Below the pieces are notes generated by a model. It did no database searches. It was not told the DNA's origin and saw only the letters and a program-made list of their open reading frames with translations. The position numbers and the translations under genes are program-made. A stretch of DNA of 63,997 nt, the filler included, from Stramenopiles sp. TOSAG23-2 (lineage: Eukaryota), in NCBI GenBank assembly GCA_900128395.1. It is 6 parts of 6 records of this genome, joined end to end, with 100 filler letters (N's around TTAATTAATTAA, not from the genome) between each part and the next. Parts side by side here need not be neighbours in the genome. Positions count along the whole stretch, not along the records: positions 1 to 10,780 come from LT649991.1; positions 10,881 to 21,644 come from LT649992.1; 4 more parts are not named here. One strand, given 5' to 3'. Of the stretch, positions 1 through 12,057 are shown piece after piece. Each line of letters begins with the position of its first letter. Positions within the stretch are counted from its first letter, which is position 1.

Positions 1-1
1 A

Positions 2-1165
2 AAAATTAAATGGGGTTCACGAGTCTGCGATACTGAATATTATGGAGATGAAAATGCTGAACTCAATAGTATATTAGAATATTACTTAAGCAAGCATTTG
101 CAAGCAAATTTTTTGATCCCAATCGGTGGTTTAAAATTGATTCAAAATGTTAGAAAGATGACAAATAATCGATTTATGTGGCTATTGGGAGATAAAGCAT
201 ATACGCAAGAATGTGAATTTGGAGGTTTAAATGATCCACACATTGCATTTCATGGTAGTTTTAGTTTCATGGCAAATTTTCATGCAATAAAACTATATAT
301 TGAAAAAATGTGCAAGGGTTTTTCCTATTTAACTGATAAATTAGAAGGTTTTAAATGTGCTGCATTAGTCGTTGGTACACCGGAAGATATACATCGACGT
401 TTGGAATTTCAATGGTATGATACCATGTCCGATTATAATCCGGAAGATTTTTCAAATTTACAAAGATCCATTAAACAAGAAAATCTCAACCCATCCTTAA
501 AAACAGCATTGTGTACCACTAGATTGGCACATTGGGATCCCGATGTATTCTTGAAGTTCAAGCGTGTTTTAATTGATAAGACCCCATATGCTTCAGAAAA
601 AGAGCAAGTTGATATATATCGGGATGCATATGAAGTATGGGATTGTTATTACCCATTACAAAAAGAGAAAGATGTAGCATTTGAAATTGGCAGGTTAATG
701 ATGGGATTGAGACGGTATGATGAAGGTATTAAATTTTTCGTAAATTCGAATAAATTATGTGGTGAACATCATGTAACATGGTACAATATTGGTATATGTC
801 GAAGTTATGTTGGTGAATATGAGGCTAGTTTGAATGCATTTGATAAATCTTTAGAAATGAAACCTGATTATCAGGATGCTGTTCGATGGAGGGCAAGAGT
901 AGTTGAAACAGCGGAGAAGAAAGATTTAGAGGAGGAAGAAAATGATAATAATACAAGCAATGAACAAGAAGTAGATGTAAGCGACGTGAACGTTGATGAA
1001 GTTGTAAAGGAGTTAGAAAGAGAAGCGGAAAATGCAACAAGAAGTAACAATAGTATCAATGAGGATGATATAAGTCAATTGCCTGGATCGTTACAACGAA
1101 TACATGTGGATAATAATAGTAATGATGATAATAGTATGCCCAGTAGTAATGTTTTGAGAGTTTAA
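2..1165 (+). CDS. 5'-truncated TPR-repeat protein, probably the C-terminal part of a SAM-dependent methyltransferase-TPR protein
   Basis: Frame is open from base 2. C-terminal TPR repeats (VAFEIGRLMMGLRRYDEGIKFF; TWYNIGICRSYVGEYEASLNAFDKSLEMKPDY). LLGDKAY and HGSFSFMANFHAI segments recall methyltransferase-TPR fusions (from memory). Confidence 0.65.
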   Translation, partial: KIKWGSRVCDTEYYGDENAELNSILEYYLSKHLQANFLIPIGGLKLIQNVRKMTNNRFMWLLGDKAYTQECEFGGLNDPHIAFHGSFSFMANFHAIKLYIEKMCKGFSYLTDKLEGFKCAALVVGTPEDIHRRLEFQWYDTMSDYNPEDFSNLQRSIKQENLNPSLKTALCTTRLAHWDPDVFLKFKRVLIDKTPYASEKEQVDIYRDAYEVWDCYYPLQKEKDVAFEIGRLMMGLRRYDEGIKFFVNSNKLCGEHHVTWYNIGICRSYVGEYEASLNAFDKSLEMKPDYQDAVRWRARVVETAEKKDLEEEENDNNTSNEQEVDVSDVNVDEVVKELEREAENATRSNNSINEDDISQLPGSLQRIHVDNNSNDDNSMPSSNVLRV

Positions 1166-1479
1166 AAATTAATACATGATGCATATATGATATGTGAATC
1201 TTACGAAGTACGAGTATAATATTTAATTTAAAAATTCATTTTAATTAAAATACTTCAGTATATTTTAAAATTTAATTTACACCACATAAAAAAAATATTT
1301 ACGAACGTGTACATATATTAAATATATATATATATATATATATATATTGATTTTATCCATCATCATCAGGTAGCTGTTGTACGCCTCGTACCCGATAGTC
1401 ACGTATTTCGTACGAATAATACCAACAGGTACAATATAACAAAATGGAGTGTACACACACATATAATGTATATAAACCT

Positions 1480-3687
1480 TTAACATATTGAAAAATATGC
1501 TGGACGATATATTCGACTACCTCTGTTTCGAAATAACAATATCTCACCACCATTATCAATATATTCATACAATAAATACATGGAACAAAAGGACATACCA
1601 ATATTCTGCCCGGTACCAATACTTCTGCAACCAGATGTAATATAACCAATTTCCTGGAACATTGGTATTGAATCATCTTTAACTCCACGTTTTTCTTCAA
1701 TACCATTGTTTTTCAATATATGTGCAAGAAGATCTTTTCCCTCATTTGATATTATTGATGGCAATGATATTAAACCACCGAATGCAGGCACACCTCGCCT
1801 ACATGAGCGTATACAAACTTTTAAAAAGTATAGATTGTTCACATTTCTATTTGATAATTGTGATGATAATAGATTGGATTGGATACATCGCTTTTTACAT
1901 TGTATGCTTTTAGGATGAAACATTTCACTTCCTTGACCATCATCAACTAACATTATATTATCTTCATTTTTACTATTAACAATATCTCGTATAACAATAA
2001 TATCATTATTATTTAATTTTACGTTACCAAGTAACATCGATTTTTTGTTATTATTACTATTATTATTATTGTTACCAGAATAATCAAGCCATGATGGCGT
2101 GCATAGTAGACGTTGTCGTAACCTATGAAAGTTTATACGATGTTTTTTAATTTTCTTTTTTTGTTGCAAATCTAGCAATTTACACACATCTTCCATGTAT
2201 TGTTTACCAGCATTTGTATCTGGATAATCGTATGGAAAAAAACATTTATTGCATTCAACATAAATATTATAAATATCTTCGATCCCTACAGGAATAATAT
2301 TTAACATGATAAATTTGTTCCAAAATACATTACACCATTGACTAGGTAAAATGAAAATCCAACTTCCAGTTTTATTATTTGCCTTGTCGCTTGAAAATTT
2401 TGTTGACTTGTGTTTTTTTAAATCACCTTTTAATGCAACAATACATGGTATATTTGGAATATTTAATTCTTCCTTATTAGTTGTATTTGTACTACATGAC
2501 AACATATTATTTACAATATGATCGGATGAATATGTTTGTATTGAATTTTCATAATGTTCCTGATCAAAAATAGTAGTACTAGTACTAGTAGTAGCATTTT
2601 TAGACTTAGTTTGGAATTTATCAATAATATAATTAACAAACCTCGGATCTTGTAAATTCAACGATAAATATGTCTCATCCTTCCTATTATTATGAATATG
2701 TGTTGTAATATCGTTATCATCATTCTTATTTGATATGCCAAAAAAATTATTCATACAAGTTTCATTGAATATATTTTCACGTCCATGAAAATGAAATATT
2801 GAAAATTTATCATTTAAATTATAATACGATATAGAGGAATTTTCGTTGTTCATGTTATAAATATTTAAATTATTTTCCACTTGCTTTGCAATAGATGGAT
2901 GAACAAATAACCAAATAACATTTAAATGAAATAATATATCTATTGTACCAATTAATCCATTGGGATATTTTTCGTATGTGTACATTAATTTATTTGACAA
3001 GAAGGTAGAATTATTACACATATTATGTACATGTTCTGCTGTCCATGATGATTTTTCTAAATTATTTGTTTCCAATCCATTACTGTTATCTATTAATGGA
3101 AATACTTGTTTTAATAGCAAAGAAATATTTTCATAAGATGTATTCTTTATTTCATACATTGTAAAGTAGGATGCATCATGTATGGTACAATTATTTAAAA
3201 AAGCACGTCTTGTAGCTTCAAAACCAATATCATTTCGTTTCATTGGTATCATATGTTGCCATTGGTTGCGCATATGAAAACGTTTAGAATGCCATACATG
3301 TGTATGTAAACGTTTAGCATCTGTAGTATCTACTATTTTGTCAGTGGTATTTCTATTTAATGTGTTCGGCTTGCGCCTCATTTTTCTATTTATTTTTTTA
3401 TTTTTAGAATCTTCACAGTTCTTACTTGATTGTTTAACATGGCGTCGTCTATGGCTAGTAGTGCGCCTTCTAAGATGCCTAGGCAACGGATTATTGTCCT
3501 TCTGCCATAACGGATTTAAAAAATTTGTTATATTCCTTTTATTTACGTTTGAATTATTACTATCACCATTCTTTATTTGATATTTTTGTTTAAGTATTTG
3601 TTCTAAATTGAAAATGTCCCTTGATCTATTACTAGCAAATTTCAATGCATTGATCTCTTCATTTTGTATTGCATTTGAGTCATTCAT
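1480..3687 (-). CDS. POP1: RNase P/MRP protein subunit POP1
   Basis: POP1 signatures LPRHLRRRTTSH, RLHTHVWHSKRFHM, IHDASY, FPYDYPDT and C-terminal IGYITSG...FRNRGSRIYRPA. Confidence 0.92.
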   Translation of the reverse strand: MNDSNAIQNEEINALKFASNRSRDIFNLEQILKQKYQIKNGDSNNSNVNKRNITNFLNPLWQKDNNPLPRHLRRRTTSHRRRHVKQSSKNCEDSKNKKINRKMRRKPNTLNRNTTDKIVDTTDAKRLHTHVWHSKRFHMRNQWQHMIPMKRNDIGFEATRRAFLNNCTIHDASYFTMYEIKNTSYENISLLLKQVFPLIDNSNGLETNNLEKSSWTAEHVHNMCNNSTFLSNKLMYTYEKYPNGLIGTIDILFHLNVIWLFVHPSIAKQVENNLNIYNMNNENSSISYYNLNDKFSIFHFHGRENIFNETCMNNFFGISNKNDDNDITTHIHNNRKDETYLSLNLQDPRFVNYIIDKFQTKSKNATTSTSTTIFDQEHYENSIQTYSSDHIVNNMLSCSTNTTNKEELNIPNIPCIVALKGDLKKHKSTKFSSDKANNKTGSWIFILPSQWCNVFWNKFIMLNIIPVGIEDIYNIYVECNKCFFPYDYPDTNAGKQYMEDVCKLLDLQQKKKIKKHRINFHRLRQRLLCTPSWLDYSGNNNNNSNNNKKSMLLGNVKLNNNDIIVIRDIVNSKNEDNIMLVDDGQGSEMFHPKSIQCKKRCIQSNLLSSQLSNRNVNNLYFLKVCIRSCRRGVPAFGGLISLPSIISNEGKDLLAHILKNNGIEEKRGVKDDSIPMFQEIGYITSGCRSIGTGQNIGMSFCSMYLLYEYIDNGGEILLFRNRGSRIYRPAYFSIC

Positions 3688-3775
3688 GTTTGTATATATA
3701 TTTACTTTACTACTACTACTACTACTACTACTACTATTGAATATATATATGCAAGTACTACTACTAGTAGTGAAT

Positions 3776-3814
<39 letters not shown>

Positions 3815-4307
3815 GAAGGAATAAATATCTCTATCTATCTGTATCTACCATATATACTGTTTGCAATATCTAGACTATTACAGATATTATTTATTAATTA
3901 GTCTATTATTACAGGTATCATCACACCATATGTTCGCACACACACCAGCCAAACACCACCACAACATTTTTTTCGCAAAATTAGTAGCTACACACCAATG
4001 GACATAATGAGTAAAAAGATATCTTTTTTCAACAACGACGCGAAAATGATGTGGTAAAAAGCTAAAAGCAATCTTAAATCTGTACTACTTGACTCGTCCA
4101 ACCTTCAACTATAGAAATGTAGATATAAATCAATGAGATGGAAAGTAGAAAATACCTATCTATTATAAACGGATAGAAAAAAAAAACAAATACGACGAAT
4201 ATTACGGAGATAAATATTATTACAAAATAATAATTTTTATATATATAGTGTTGAAATATAACTAAAAATATATACACACAAAAAAAAAATATAAAAAAAA
4301 ATTAATA

Positions 4308-5423
4308 ATGCAAAGCTTTGAAACACCATTAACCAAATTATTAAATTTAAAAGTTCCAATTATGTGCGCTGGTATGGGGGGGATTACAGGCGCGGATTTA
4401 GTTGCCGCTGTTTCGAATGCAGGTGGCATTGGTACAGTTGGTGCCATTAATTTAGACCCACAAGGGTTACGGGAAGTAATTGCTGATATCAAATCACAAT
4501 TAAAACCTGGACCAGGTTTAAATGGCACAATGCCTTTTGGTATTGATCTTGCTTTACCACAAGTCGGAGGAAACGCTAGAGCAACAAATCATGATTATAC
4601 CAACGGGAACTTGAATGAATTAGTTGACATCATGGCAGAAGAAAAAGTTGATCTTTTTGTATGTGCTGTAGGAATACCACCACAATGGGCAGTTGATAAA
4701 TTGCATGCAGTTGGTACAAAAGTCATGAACATGGTTGGACGAGTATACCATGCAGAAAAAGCGTTGAAATTAGGAGTTGATATAATATGTGCTCAAGGTA
4801 CCGAAGCAGGTGCTCATACGGGAGATGTTTCAACACTTGTCTTAACACCACAAGTTGCTGATGTCTGTAAGAAAGCTGGTGTAGTGTGTGTTGCAGCTGG
4901 TGGTATATATGATGGACGTGGAGTAGCAGCATCATTAGTTCTTGGTGCTCATGGTGTATGGGTTGGCACACGATTTCTTGCAACACCAGAAGCAAATGTA
5001 ACTCCTTACTATAAACAACAAATGCTTGAATCAACTTCAAATGATACAAGACGTATTGAAATTTATACTGGCCGTCCATTACGAGTGAAAAAAGATGCGT
5101 TCAACGAAGATTGGGCAAATCGTCGTGAAGAGCTAGATAAATTACTAGCTAAAGGTATTGTTGTTGCTGAAAAGTCCGTTAAAGATAAGTCTGGTGCACC
5201 TTATGAAGCAAGGTTGAGAATGCGCGCAGCATTAGGGGACAAGAAAGTAAGAACAGGTTCATGGCAAGATATACGTTCCGTCCAGGATCCAAAAGCAGAT
5301 TTTAATGTTGCATTTGGTCAAGCAGCAGGTGCAATTCATGAAATTAAACCAGCTGCAGAAATTGTTGAAGAATTAATGAATGGTTTGATGAATTCATTTA
5401 AACAAGTTCAAAGTCATATGTAA
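4308..5423 (+). CDS. Nitronate monooxygenase / 2-nitropropane dioxygenase family flavoprotein
   Basis: PIMCAGMGG, LVAAVSNAGGIG, AQGTEAGAHTG, AAGGIYDGRG, GVWVGTRFLATPEA motifs. Confidence 0.93.
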   Translation: MQSFETPLTKLLNLKVPIMCAGMGGITGADLVAAVSNAGGIGTVGAINLDPQGLREVIADIKSQLKPGPGLNGTMPFGIDLALPQVGGNARATNHDYTNGNLNELVDIMAEEKVDLFVCAVGIPPQWAVDKLHAVGTKVMNMVGRVYHAEKALKLGVDIICAQGTEAGAHTGDVSTLVLTPQVADVCKKAGVVCVAAGGIYDGRGVAASLVLGAHGVWVGTRFLATPEANVTPYYKQQMLESTSNDTRRIEIYTGRPLRVKKDAFNEDWANRREELDKLLAKGIVVAEKSVKDKSGAPYEARLRMRAALGDKKVRTGSWQDIRSVQDPKADFNVAFGQAAGAIHEIKPAAEIVEELMNGLMNSFKQVQSHM

Positions 5424-5654
5424 AAACTGGTTTAAAGAAGATTTAATCTGCTTTGGAAAAAAATTTTAAAGAGAGAGAGAAGGAATAAAAAGGATTTTTT
5501 ACTCTTACGTATTTTTTTGCGAAGCCGTATTATAATAAATCATTATTTAAAGAAGAATATCATTATTTTAAAAAAATAAAATATTTTTTTTTTTACATTT
5601 TTTCACTTTTTTCATTTTCTTATCCTCACACACATCATTGTACAATTTTTTCTT

Positions 5655-8600
5655 CTACTTCTTCATTAAATTCGTTGCTAAAGCTTTTTCCATATCTTGC
5701 ACACCTTGTGCAGCAGCTTTCTTATTTGCAGCACTTGAATTGCCACCCATTAAAACTTGTTGATATTCTTTAATAGCAACTTCATATTTATTTTGGTATT
5801 TCAAAACTTGTGCCAATAAAAGACGAACTTCAGAACTCGTTTCACCACCAGCTGCTAATGATCTACGTAAAACTTGTTCTGCTTGTTCAAACCTTCCATT
5901 GTCAGCATATGCTGTACCAACTTCATGTAACAAACCTGGATCCATCAAATTTAATTTTAAAGCTTGTCTAACAGATTGATCAGCCTCTGTATTTCTGATT
6001 GGGTTTGATTTTAAACAAACCAATGCTAAATGTCCCCACACCAATGGATTTTTATTGTCAACAATATTTGCCTCAGCAAGTGCTTCTTCAGATTCTTGCA
6101 TATTACCAAGTTTCATACAAGCCTTACCAACACCTAACCATACCGATGCAGATGGCATACGTTTACAACATCTTAAATAAACTTCCCTTGCAGAACCATG
6201 ATATTGTCGCTCGCCTAAATAAAGCTTACCTAACCGTAAATAGACTTGAACCAAACCAGTCAAATTAGACACAGGCTCCGTCGTTTGAGCTTCAAGTAAA
6301 GGAAGTGCAGTTTGGTAAGCATTTCTAGCATCTATCTTACTCCCACGCATAAATTTCAAATGACCCAACAAGGCCCATGCTTCTGGACATTTTTCTTCAA
6401 GCTCAATAGCAGCTTCTAACGCTTTTTGTGCACTATCTAAATCATCCATGCACATGTATGTTAAACCGCATAACCACATATGTCTAATTCGTTGTTCTCG
6501 TGTCATCTTCATTGCTGTCCATGCCAATGAATCATTCATTCCATTATCATCATCAGCAATACCACCTTCCGTACCTGCAGCAGCAGCTAATCTTAACGCG
6601 ACAACAGATTGCGTAGTTAAACTACTTTTTAATAAATATTCAATAGCTTCATGATATAAATCGATTTCTTGCTTTCCGGAAGACGTTGCTTCCAACATAG
6701 CTTTCCCTGCTTTTCTAGTTTGCCCATTCATATTGAAACATAATGCTTGTAATGTAAATGCAAGATTTGATTCAGGTGTTGGATTTTCATTTTCCGTAGT
6801 TGCAGCTTTAAACATGACGATAGATTGTTTAACTTCCGAAGTTCCTTCTGCCAATAAACTACCTTGAAGTAACAATGCTGGAGCAGGGCGAACTGTAATA
6901 CCACCTTCCTCCATTTTACCCTCAGGATCAGGAAGAGAAAGGGCAACAGCTTCACTGCAACATTCTCGTGCTTTTGCCATATCTCCACGACGACAACAAT
7001 ACATAGCATATGCTAACCATGGATCTGCACCACCACCAGAAACAGCACGTACATAACGGCGTTTTGCAGCATCTTCCGATGCAGCTACGTAGTCTTGGTA
7101 ATTTTTTGCCGCTCTTCCAAATTCATCATTTAATTCTGCTTCAAGCGCAAGCGATGCCATGCGATCTAAAACAGCTTTTGTATTTCCACCTGCGCCAATT
7201 ATTTCACGTTCACTTTCCGAAACATTATTAGACGAGTCACCTACTGGTGCACCTTCTGCATTTTGAAATGCCATATTGATAACTTTCATAACTTCTTCCA
7301 TTAAATACGAATATAAATCAGTCATAAATTTATCATGTTCTAACGAACCATTTGTTAAAGCTGATTTAGATGGAAACCGTTCTTTTACAAGTCTAGATAC
7401 AGCACGTTTTAATCTTTGTCTAAAATCATGATATTTTCCACCGGTATTCAATTGATATAATAATTGACGTCTTCGTTCCTCACGACTGGAATCATTGTTT
7501 GAACTAGGCCTAGATCCAAATAAACGTGTAATCTCATCTGCAATAGTTGCAACAACGGATGAAATTTCTTCTCGAAAAATTTCAGTAGCTTTCTTCCCTG
7601 GTTTTGCATCTGGAATTGCTCTAGGTGCAATGAAATCTTTTGGAAATAGTTCCGGTTCTGGTGGTGGCGGTGGCAATGTTACAATTGCTTCATCTACTTG
7701 TAAATATAAGAATAAAAGTGGCGATGGTTTTGGTCTATTATATTCCACCATAGCTTCTTCTTCACCTTCGGAATCTAAATCTTCCGTATTTGGTGGCGGT
7801 GCTTTGCCTAATTTATCTCCTAATGGGAAACGTCCTCCGAAATAGGATACTCCTGCTTCTTTTAAAAAAGCAATTTCAGCAAATGTTGTCATTTCTACTG
7901 ATCGTGTATTGCTCCATTCTGCGTCTTCCACACCTTCAGGTGCTTTGCGTTTAATTGATACTTCCCATACAGGAGAGCTATCATCTTGCATTAAGCTTTC
8001 AATACCTTCTTTTGGAATAAATGTTTTCATTAATGTAATTGGTTCATCAGGTTTGCTCCATTGCAGTTCTGGTGCAACTTCAGGTTTTACGGTAGTACTA
8101 GCTGTTTCTGCTTCTTTCTTTTCTTCTTCTGCATTTTTTTCTTCCTCACCTTCTATTGCATCTTCATTAGTTGTAGTAGCACTTGGTTTATATAATTTCC
8201 CCCCACCAATAGATGATGTTTCATTGCTTCCAGCACAAGGTGCATTGCAAGCAATTGTAAACTCTTCATTTTCCCATGAATTACCTTCTGTATCATTTAA
8301 ATTCCATGCTGTTGCAACACTTTCAGCACGTTCACCATTTTCATCTGTTAAATAAACACTACTTGTCAATGCAGTGAATGTTCGTCCACCACGACAAAAT
8401 TGCAAAAGTGTATCATCTGCTACAACTTTTACAGTTACAGTTGGTGAAGATTTTAATGCAGGCTCTCCTTCTTCACCATCTTCACCAACAGGTTTAGATA
8501 ATGTTAAAGGCATGGAACACTCTACGCCACCTGGATATTGTAAGACTCTTTGTATACTATTTTCCGTTCCATCCAATTTTACACCGTTCCATTTTTCTTC

Positions 8601-9308
8601 CCCAAATATCGCAGTACCAACAAGTGTATCAGCACTTGGATCACGTGCTGTACCTTTGTAAACTTCGATAATAATCTTTGTATTTACCAAAGCAGAAAGA
8701 TGTTCAGCCGTACATGGAATAGATTTAGAACGTGTTGGAATGCTACCATTATCAGCTACAGGATAGTCAACGGTAGCGTTTGATAACATACTATTACCTT
8801 CAGTTTCACCAAGTTCTTTCAATACAACTTCCCATGCAGCTGCAGCAGCATTATCAGCATCATCTGGATTTTCAGCCATGGCTTGTTTAACGGCATCTGG
8901 CATTACATTTGCAACATTTGTCCATGCCCATGCTTCAGCATTACTAGATGTTCCTTCGCCTTCCCCCCCTTCTGCTTCTGCATCCTCGGTTGATGCTTTT
9001 TTATTTTCAGGTGGCCAAAACGTAAATTTTTCTGCCGTATTAGTGTTTTCTTCATCTTCACCTCCTCCTTCATTTCCTCCTGACCAACCAACTGCCTTTC
9101 CAAACGCTGAACTTTGTATCCATGAATCATCGTTTGCTTTTGTTACAATTCGACCCCACAATGGCAACGATATATTTTCATCATTATCAATACTTAATGT
9201 ATTTATTGAAAAGTTAGTTATGGACATATTGATACTACCATTTGCTGGTGTTGGTGTTTCTTTAACTTCTGCATTTTCTTGTGCAACTACTTCTTCCTCC
9301 TCGGACAT
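5655..9308 (-). CDS. CFAP70: Cilia/flagella-associated TPR protein, CFAP70 (TTC18)-like
   Basis: 1217 aa. Central LLYQLNTGGKYHDFRQRLKRAVSRLVKERF and C-terminal TPRs with WLGVGKAC...EEALAEANIVDNKNPLVWGHLALV match my recollection of CFAP70. Confidence 0.75.
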   Translation of the reverse strand: MSEEEEVVAQENAEVKETPTPANGSINMSITNFSINTLSIDNDENISLPLWGRIVTKANDDSWIQSSAFGKAVGWSGGNEGGGEDEENTNTAEKFTFWPPENKKASTEDAEAEGGEGEGTSSNAEAWAWTNVANVMPDAVKQAMAENPDDADNAAAAAWEVVLKELGETEGNSMLSNATVDYPVADNGSIPTRSKSIPCTAEHLSALVNTKIIIEVYKGTARDPSADTLVGTAIFGEEKWNGVKLDGTENSIQRVLQYPGGVECSMPLTLSKPVGEDGEEGEPALKSSPTVTVKVVADDTLLQFCRGGRTFTALTSSVYLTDENGERAESVATAWNLNDTEGNSWENEEFTIACNAPCAGSNETSSIGGGKLYKPSATTTNEDAIEGEEEKNAEEEKKEAETASTTVKPEVAPELQWSKPDEPITLMKTFIPKEGIESLMQDDSSPVWEVSIKRKAPEGVEDAEWSNTRSVEMTTFAEIAFLKEAGVSYFGGRFPLGDKLGKAPPPNTEDLDSEGEEEAMVEYNRPKPSPLLFLYLQVDEAIVTLPPPPPEPELFPKDFIAPRAIPDAKPGKKATEIFREEISSVVATIADEITRLFGSRPSSNNDSSREERRRQLLYQLNTGGKYHDFRQRLKRAVSRLVKERFPSKSALTNGSLEHDKFMTDLYSYLMEEVMKVINMAFQNAEGAPVGDSSNNVSESEREIIGAGGNTKAVLDRMASLALEAELNDEFGRAAKNYQDYVAASEDAAKRRYVRAVSGGGADPWLAYAMYCCRRGDMAKARECCSEAVALSLPDPEGKMEEGGITVRPAPALLLQGSLLAEGTSEVKQSIVMFKAATTENENPTPESNLAFTLQALCFNMNGQTRKAGKAMLEATSSGKQEIDLYHEAIEYLLKSSLTTQSVVALRLAAAAGTEGGIADDDNGMNDSLAWTAMKMTREQRIRHMWLCGLTYMCMDDLDSAQKALEAAIELEEKCPEAWALLGHLKFMRGSKIDARNAYQTALPLLEAQTTEPVSNLTGLVQVYLRLGKLYLGERQYHGSAREVYLRCCKRMPSASVWLGVGKACMKLGNMQESEEALAEANIVDNKNPLVWGHLALVCLKSNPIRNTEADQSVRQALKLNLMDPGLLHEVGTAYADNGRFEQAEQVLRRSLAAGGETSSEVRLLLAQVLKYQNKYEVAIKEYQQVLMGGNSSAANKKAAAQGVQDMEKALATNLMKK

Positions 9309-10109
9309 ATTATTGAATAAATGATCTATCTATATTTATATATACGTATATATGTATTCCTTGATTAATTGATACTAATCAGAGAAGTTTAAATGTATTA
9401 AATAAGAATTAAAAAAAGAAGAAGTGTTATTTCTATATACTTTTTATCTTGTCAATGTTGCTTTCTCTTTCCGGTTATTATTACTATTTTCTAATTAATT
9501 TGTTGATGATATATGTTTTTTAATTGTGTTGTAATGGTATGTACCTGTAAATTATTGAGATGATGTAGTTTATTTTCTAACCGAAGCAACGAGTTAGTAC
9601 CTGATACGGATTGTAAAAACGGTTGGCCTAGTGCCTAGTGTTGTGTCTATGTTAATTAGATATAGCAGGTGAATAGCTTTATACCGTATTATAAAATAAA
9701 TAATCACTTGGTTTATTACCAGGTAATCAAACTGATTCCATTTCTGTTGATCTCGATTCTATCATTTTAAACATAACTTCATTATCTATTTCCAATTGCT
9801 TAATTTGTTCCTTTAATTGTACTTCATGTATTTTATAGTTTGTGATTTCCTTTTTTAATTTCAACACCGTTTGATTTGTAGCGTTGCATATAGTAGTATA
9901 TTTAGAATCTACAAATGATGGTGACAATGCAAACTGATTGGTTTACTGATGTGATTAAATGATTTACCATCAATATTTATTTGAAAATTTGTTTGATACA
10001 AATGACAGGATTTTGCAATCACTGCACTGTGATATTCATTTGCTGTGTTATGTCTGTATATCCTCCATGTTGTATTTCCATGGTGGATAAATATCAATCG
10101 CTCTTGGTA

Positions 10110-10216
10110 CAACTCTTTTTCTTTTTTGTTGGGCATGTGCAGTATTGCAATTCATGTAATTGCAACTCTTTTTCTTTTTTGTTGGGCATGTGCAGTATTG
10201 CAATTCATGTAATTGC
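10110..10216. repeat. Two-copy 53-bp tandem duplication
   Basis: caactctttttcttttttgttgggcatgtgcagtattgcaattcatgtaattgc repeated with period 53. Confidence 0.9.
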
Positions 10217-10780
10217 TTTTGCACCAACATATATTGCATGAAATTTTTCTTATATGTAATGGGACAACAGCAGTATCATGCCGCCATGACATGGATGAAT
10301 TAACTTGATTGTTTGAAAGACACAAAAAATTGGTAACAATTGAAGGGCAAGGTGATGAGCAAGGTGATTGTACTATGGCTAAATTCATTACTATTCTCCA
10401 TGTATCAAAATGTGATTACATTAATATGCCATGGATACCATCAGCATTGGCATTGTTGGAGTATTTTGCAAAGCATATGGTAATGAATGGACAACAAGAA
10501 CCTGTATATACCCAGTTGTATACATCATTGAAGGAAGTGGGAAGATGATCAGTTGGATTGTGGCATCTTGGTGATTTGACCACATTCAATAATAATAATA
10601 ATTTGACCACATTCAATAATTAAATTCTATTTGCAGCATGCAACGGCAGGGGAAACATTGAAATTATTGACATACATTATAATACATTAGAATTGAGAAA
10701 GGACAATGCATTGTCTTTCGAGGTGATTTTATTCATGCTGGTGCACCATATAAAAGGGAAAACGAGCATGTACACTTGCA

Positions 10781-10880
10781 NNNNNNNNNNNNNNNNNNNN
10801 NNNNNNNNNNNNNNNNNNNNNNNNTTAATTAATTAANNNNNNNNNNNNNNNNNNNNNNNNNNNNNNNNNNNNNNNNNNNN
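10781..10880. other. Artificial contig spacer
   Basis: N44-TTAATTAATTAA-N44 (stops in all six frames). Confidence 0.99.
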
Positions 10881-11487
10881 GCTATGTTTATACTAAATAA
10901 GCACAGTGGGTGTGTGGATTTTGAATAAAAACAATCTTGTCCAAAAAGCCATCAACAGGTGTGGTTGTTGTTTGCAGTTGTGTTACCCACTGCCAACGAC
11001 TGGTTGTCCACGCTGGTTTGCGAGGAAGAGCGAATACCCGTTGGTATTTGGTCTCCTCGCCGCGCGTTGCTGCTGCTGCAATGCAGCTTGCCATTCCGCA
11101 AGTGCTCAATGCTGCATTGAGCACTGCATCGTTTGCATTGTTTGCATTATTATTATGTGGCTGAAGCCATCACCAGGTGAAGTAGAAAGTGATTGTGTTT
11201 GTGTTCTATCAACACCCACATGGCTGAAGCCATTGTTGGGTGAAGTAAGACACCACCATCCATTGCTTCCAACTGTATTGTTTTATGTTTGGTTTTAAGC
11301 CCCTGTTGTAATTGTTTGATGTTTTTGCACCAACCACAATGGCTGAATGCATAATCAACAATTCTAGACAGGCACCTTTCAAATCTGGGTGCTCCAGGAT
11401 TTGATGCAGTTTTAGAACATTTTCACTCAGAGTGTGCACATAGTCCAATAGTTTGCCCTTTTCTGGCCATTCCATGATATCACAGTA

Positions 11488-12057
11488 ATGCCAAATGTAG
11501 TAAAGCGTTTTCTGTTACTTGTAACCCAGGCAGGAAATAAAGGAAAAAGGACAGAAGCATTAATTGCACCGGCGAAAAGATTCAAAATGCATGTCCAAAA
11601 AGTTTGTGGTCATGTAAAAAATTCACGCATTCCATTCATCATCAGAAAAAATGTCCCAGTAATGGGTAAGGCAAATCTGAATGGAATGTGTGAGTTTTTT
11701 ACATCACCACAAAGATTTGCCAAAGAGGCAGAACGGGCGCTATTATATTTCTTTAAAAAAGATACAGCTGGATTACCTCAGTCAAGAAATTTGATACAGC
11801 ATTTGCTTGTTGAGAATGGGTATATTATTGCAGATATAGTTAAAATTATCATGAAAGCATTGAAATATTATTTTGGGTCCAACCAAACAAAAAAAATGTA
11901 TACCACTCAGCTATGGACAAGCAAAAGAGTTGAGGTAATACAACTGGCACCGGCGGCTTTAGCCAAAAGGTTTGCATCCACTGATGTCAAGCTCACAATG
12001 TACAGTACAGTACAGTCTACAAACTGTGCGCCCTCGTCGATATTCACAAAACCTTAA
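11488..12057 (+). CDS. Hypothetical ORF in a decayed region
   Basis: 189-aa ORF with protein-like composition but no recognised motif; flanked by broken ORFs. Confidence 0.25.
   Translation: MPNVVKRFLLLVTQAGNKGKRTEALIAPAKRFKMHVQKVCGHVKNSRIPFIIRKNVPVMGKANLNGMCEFFTSPQRFAKEAERALLYFFKKDTAGLPQSRNLIQHLLVENGYIIADIVKIIMKALKYYFGSNQTKKMYTTQLWTSKRVEVIQLAPAALAKRFASTDVKLTMYSTVQSTNCAPSSIFTKP

Noticed and set aside
10455-10570. NEWTTRTC peptide resembling the TnpB/Fanzor xTSxxC motif
   Set aside because: No following CxxC, no RuvC motifs, short broken frame
11390-11480. LEHFHSECAHSPIVCPF resembling a TRAF zinc finger
   Set aside because: Isolated short match in a stop-riddled frame with no RING or MATH context
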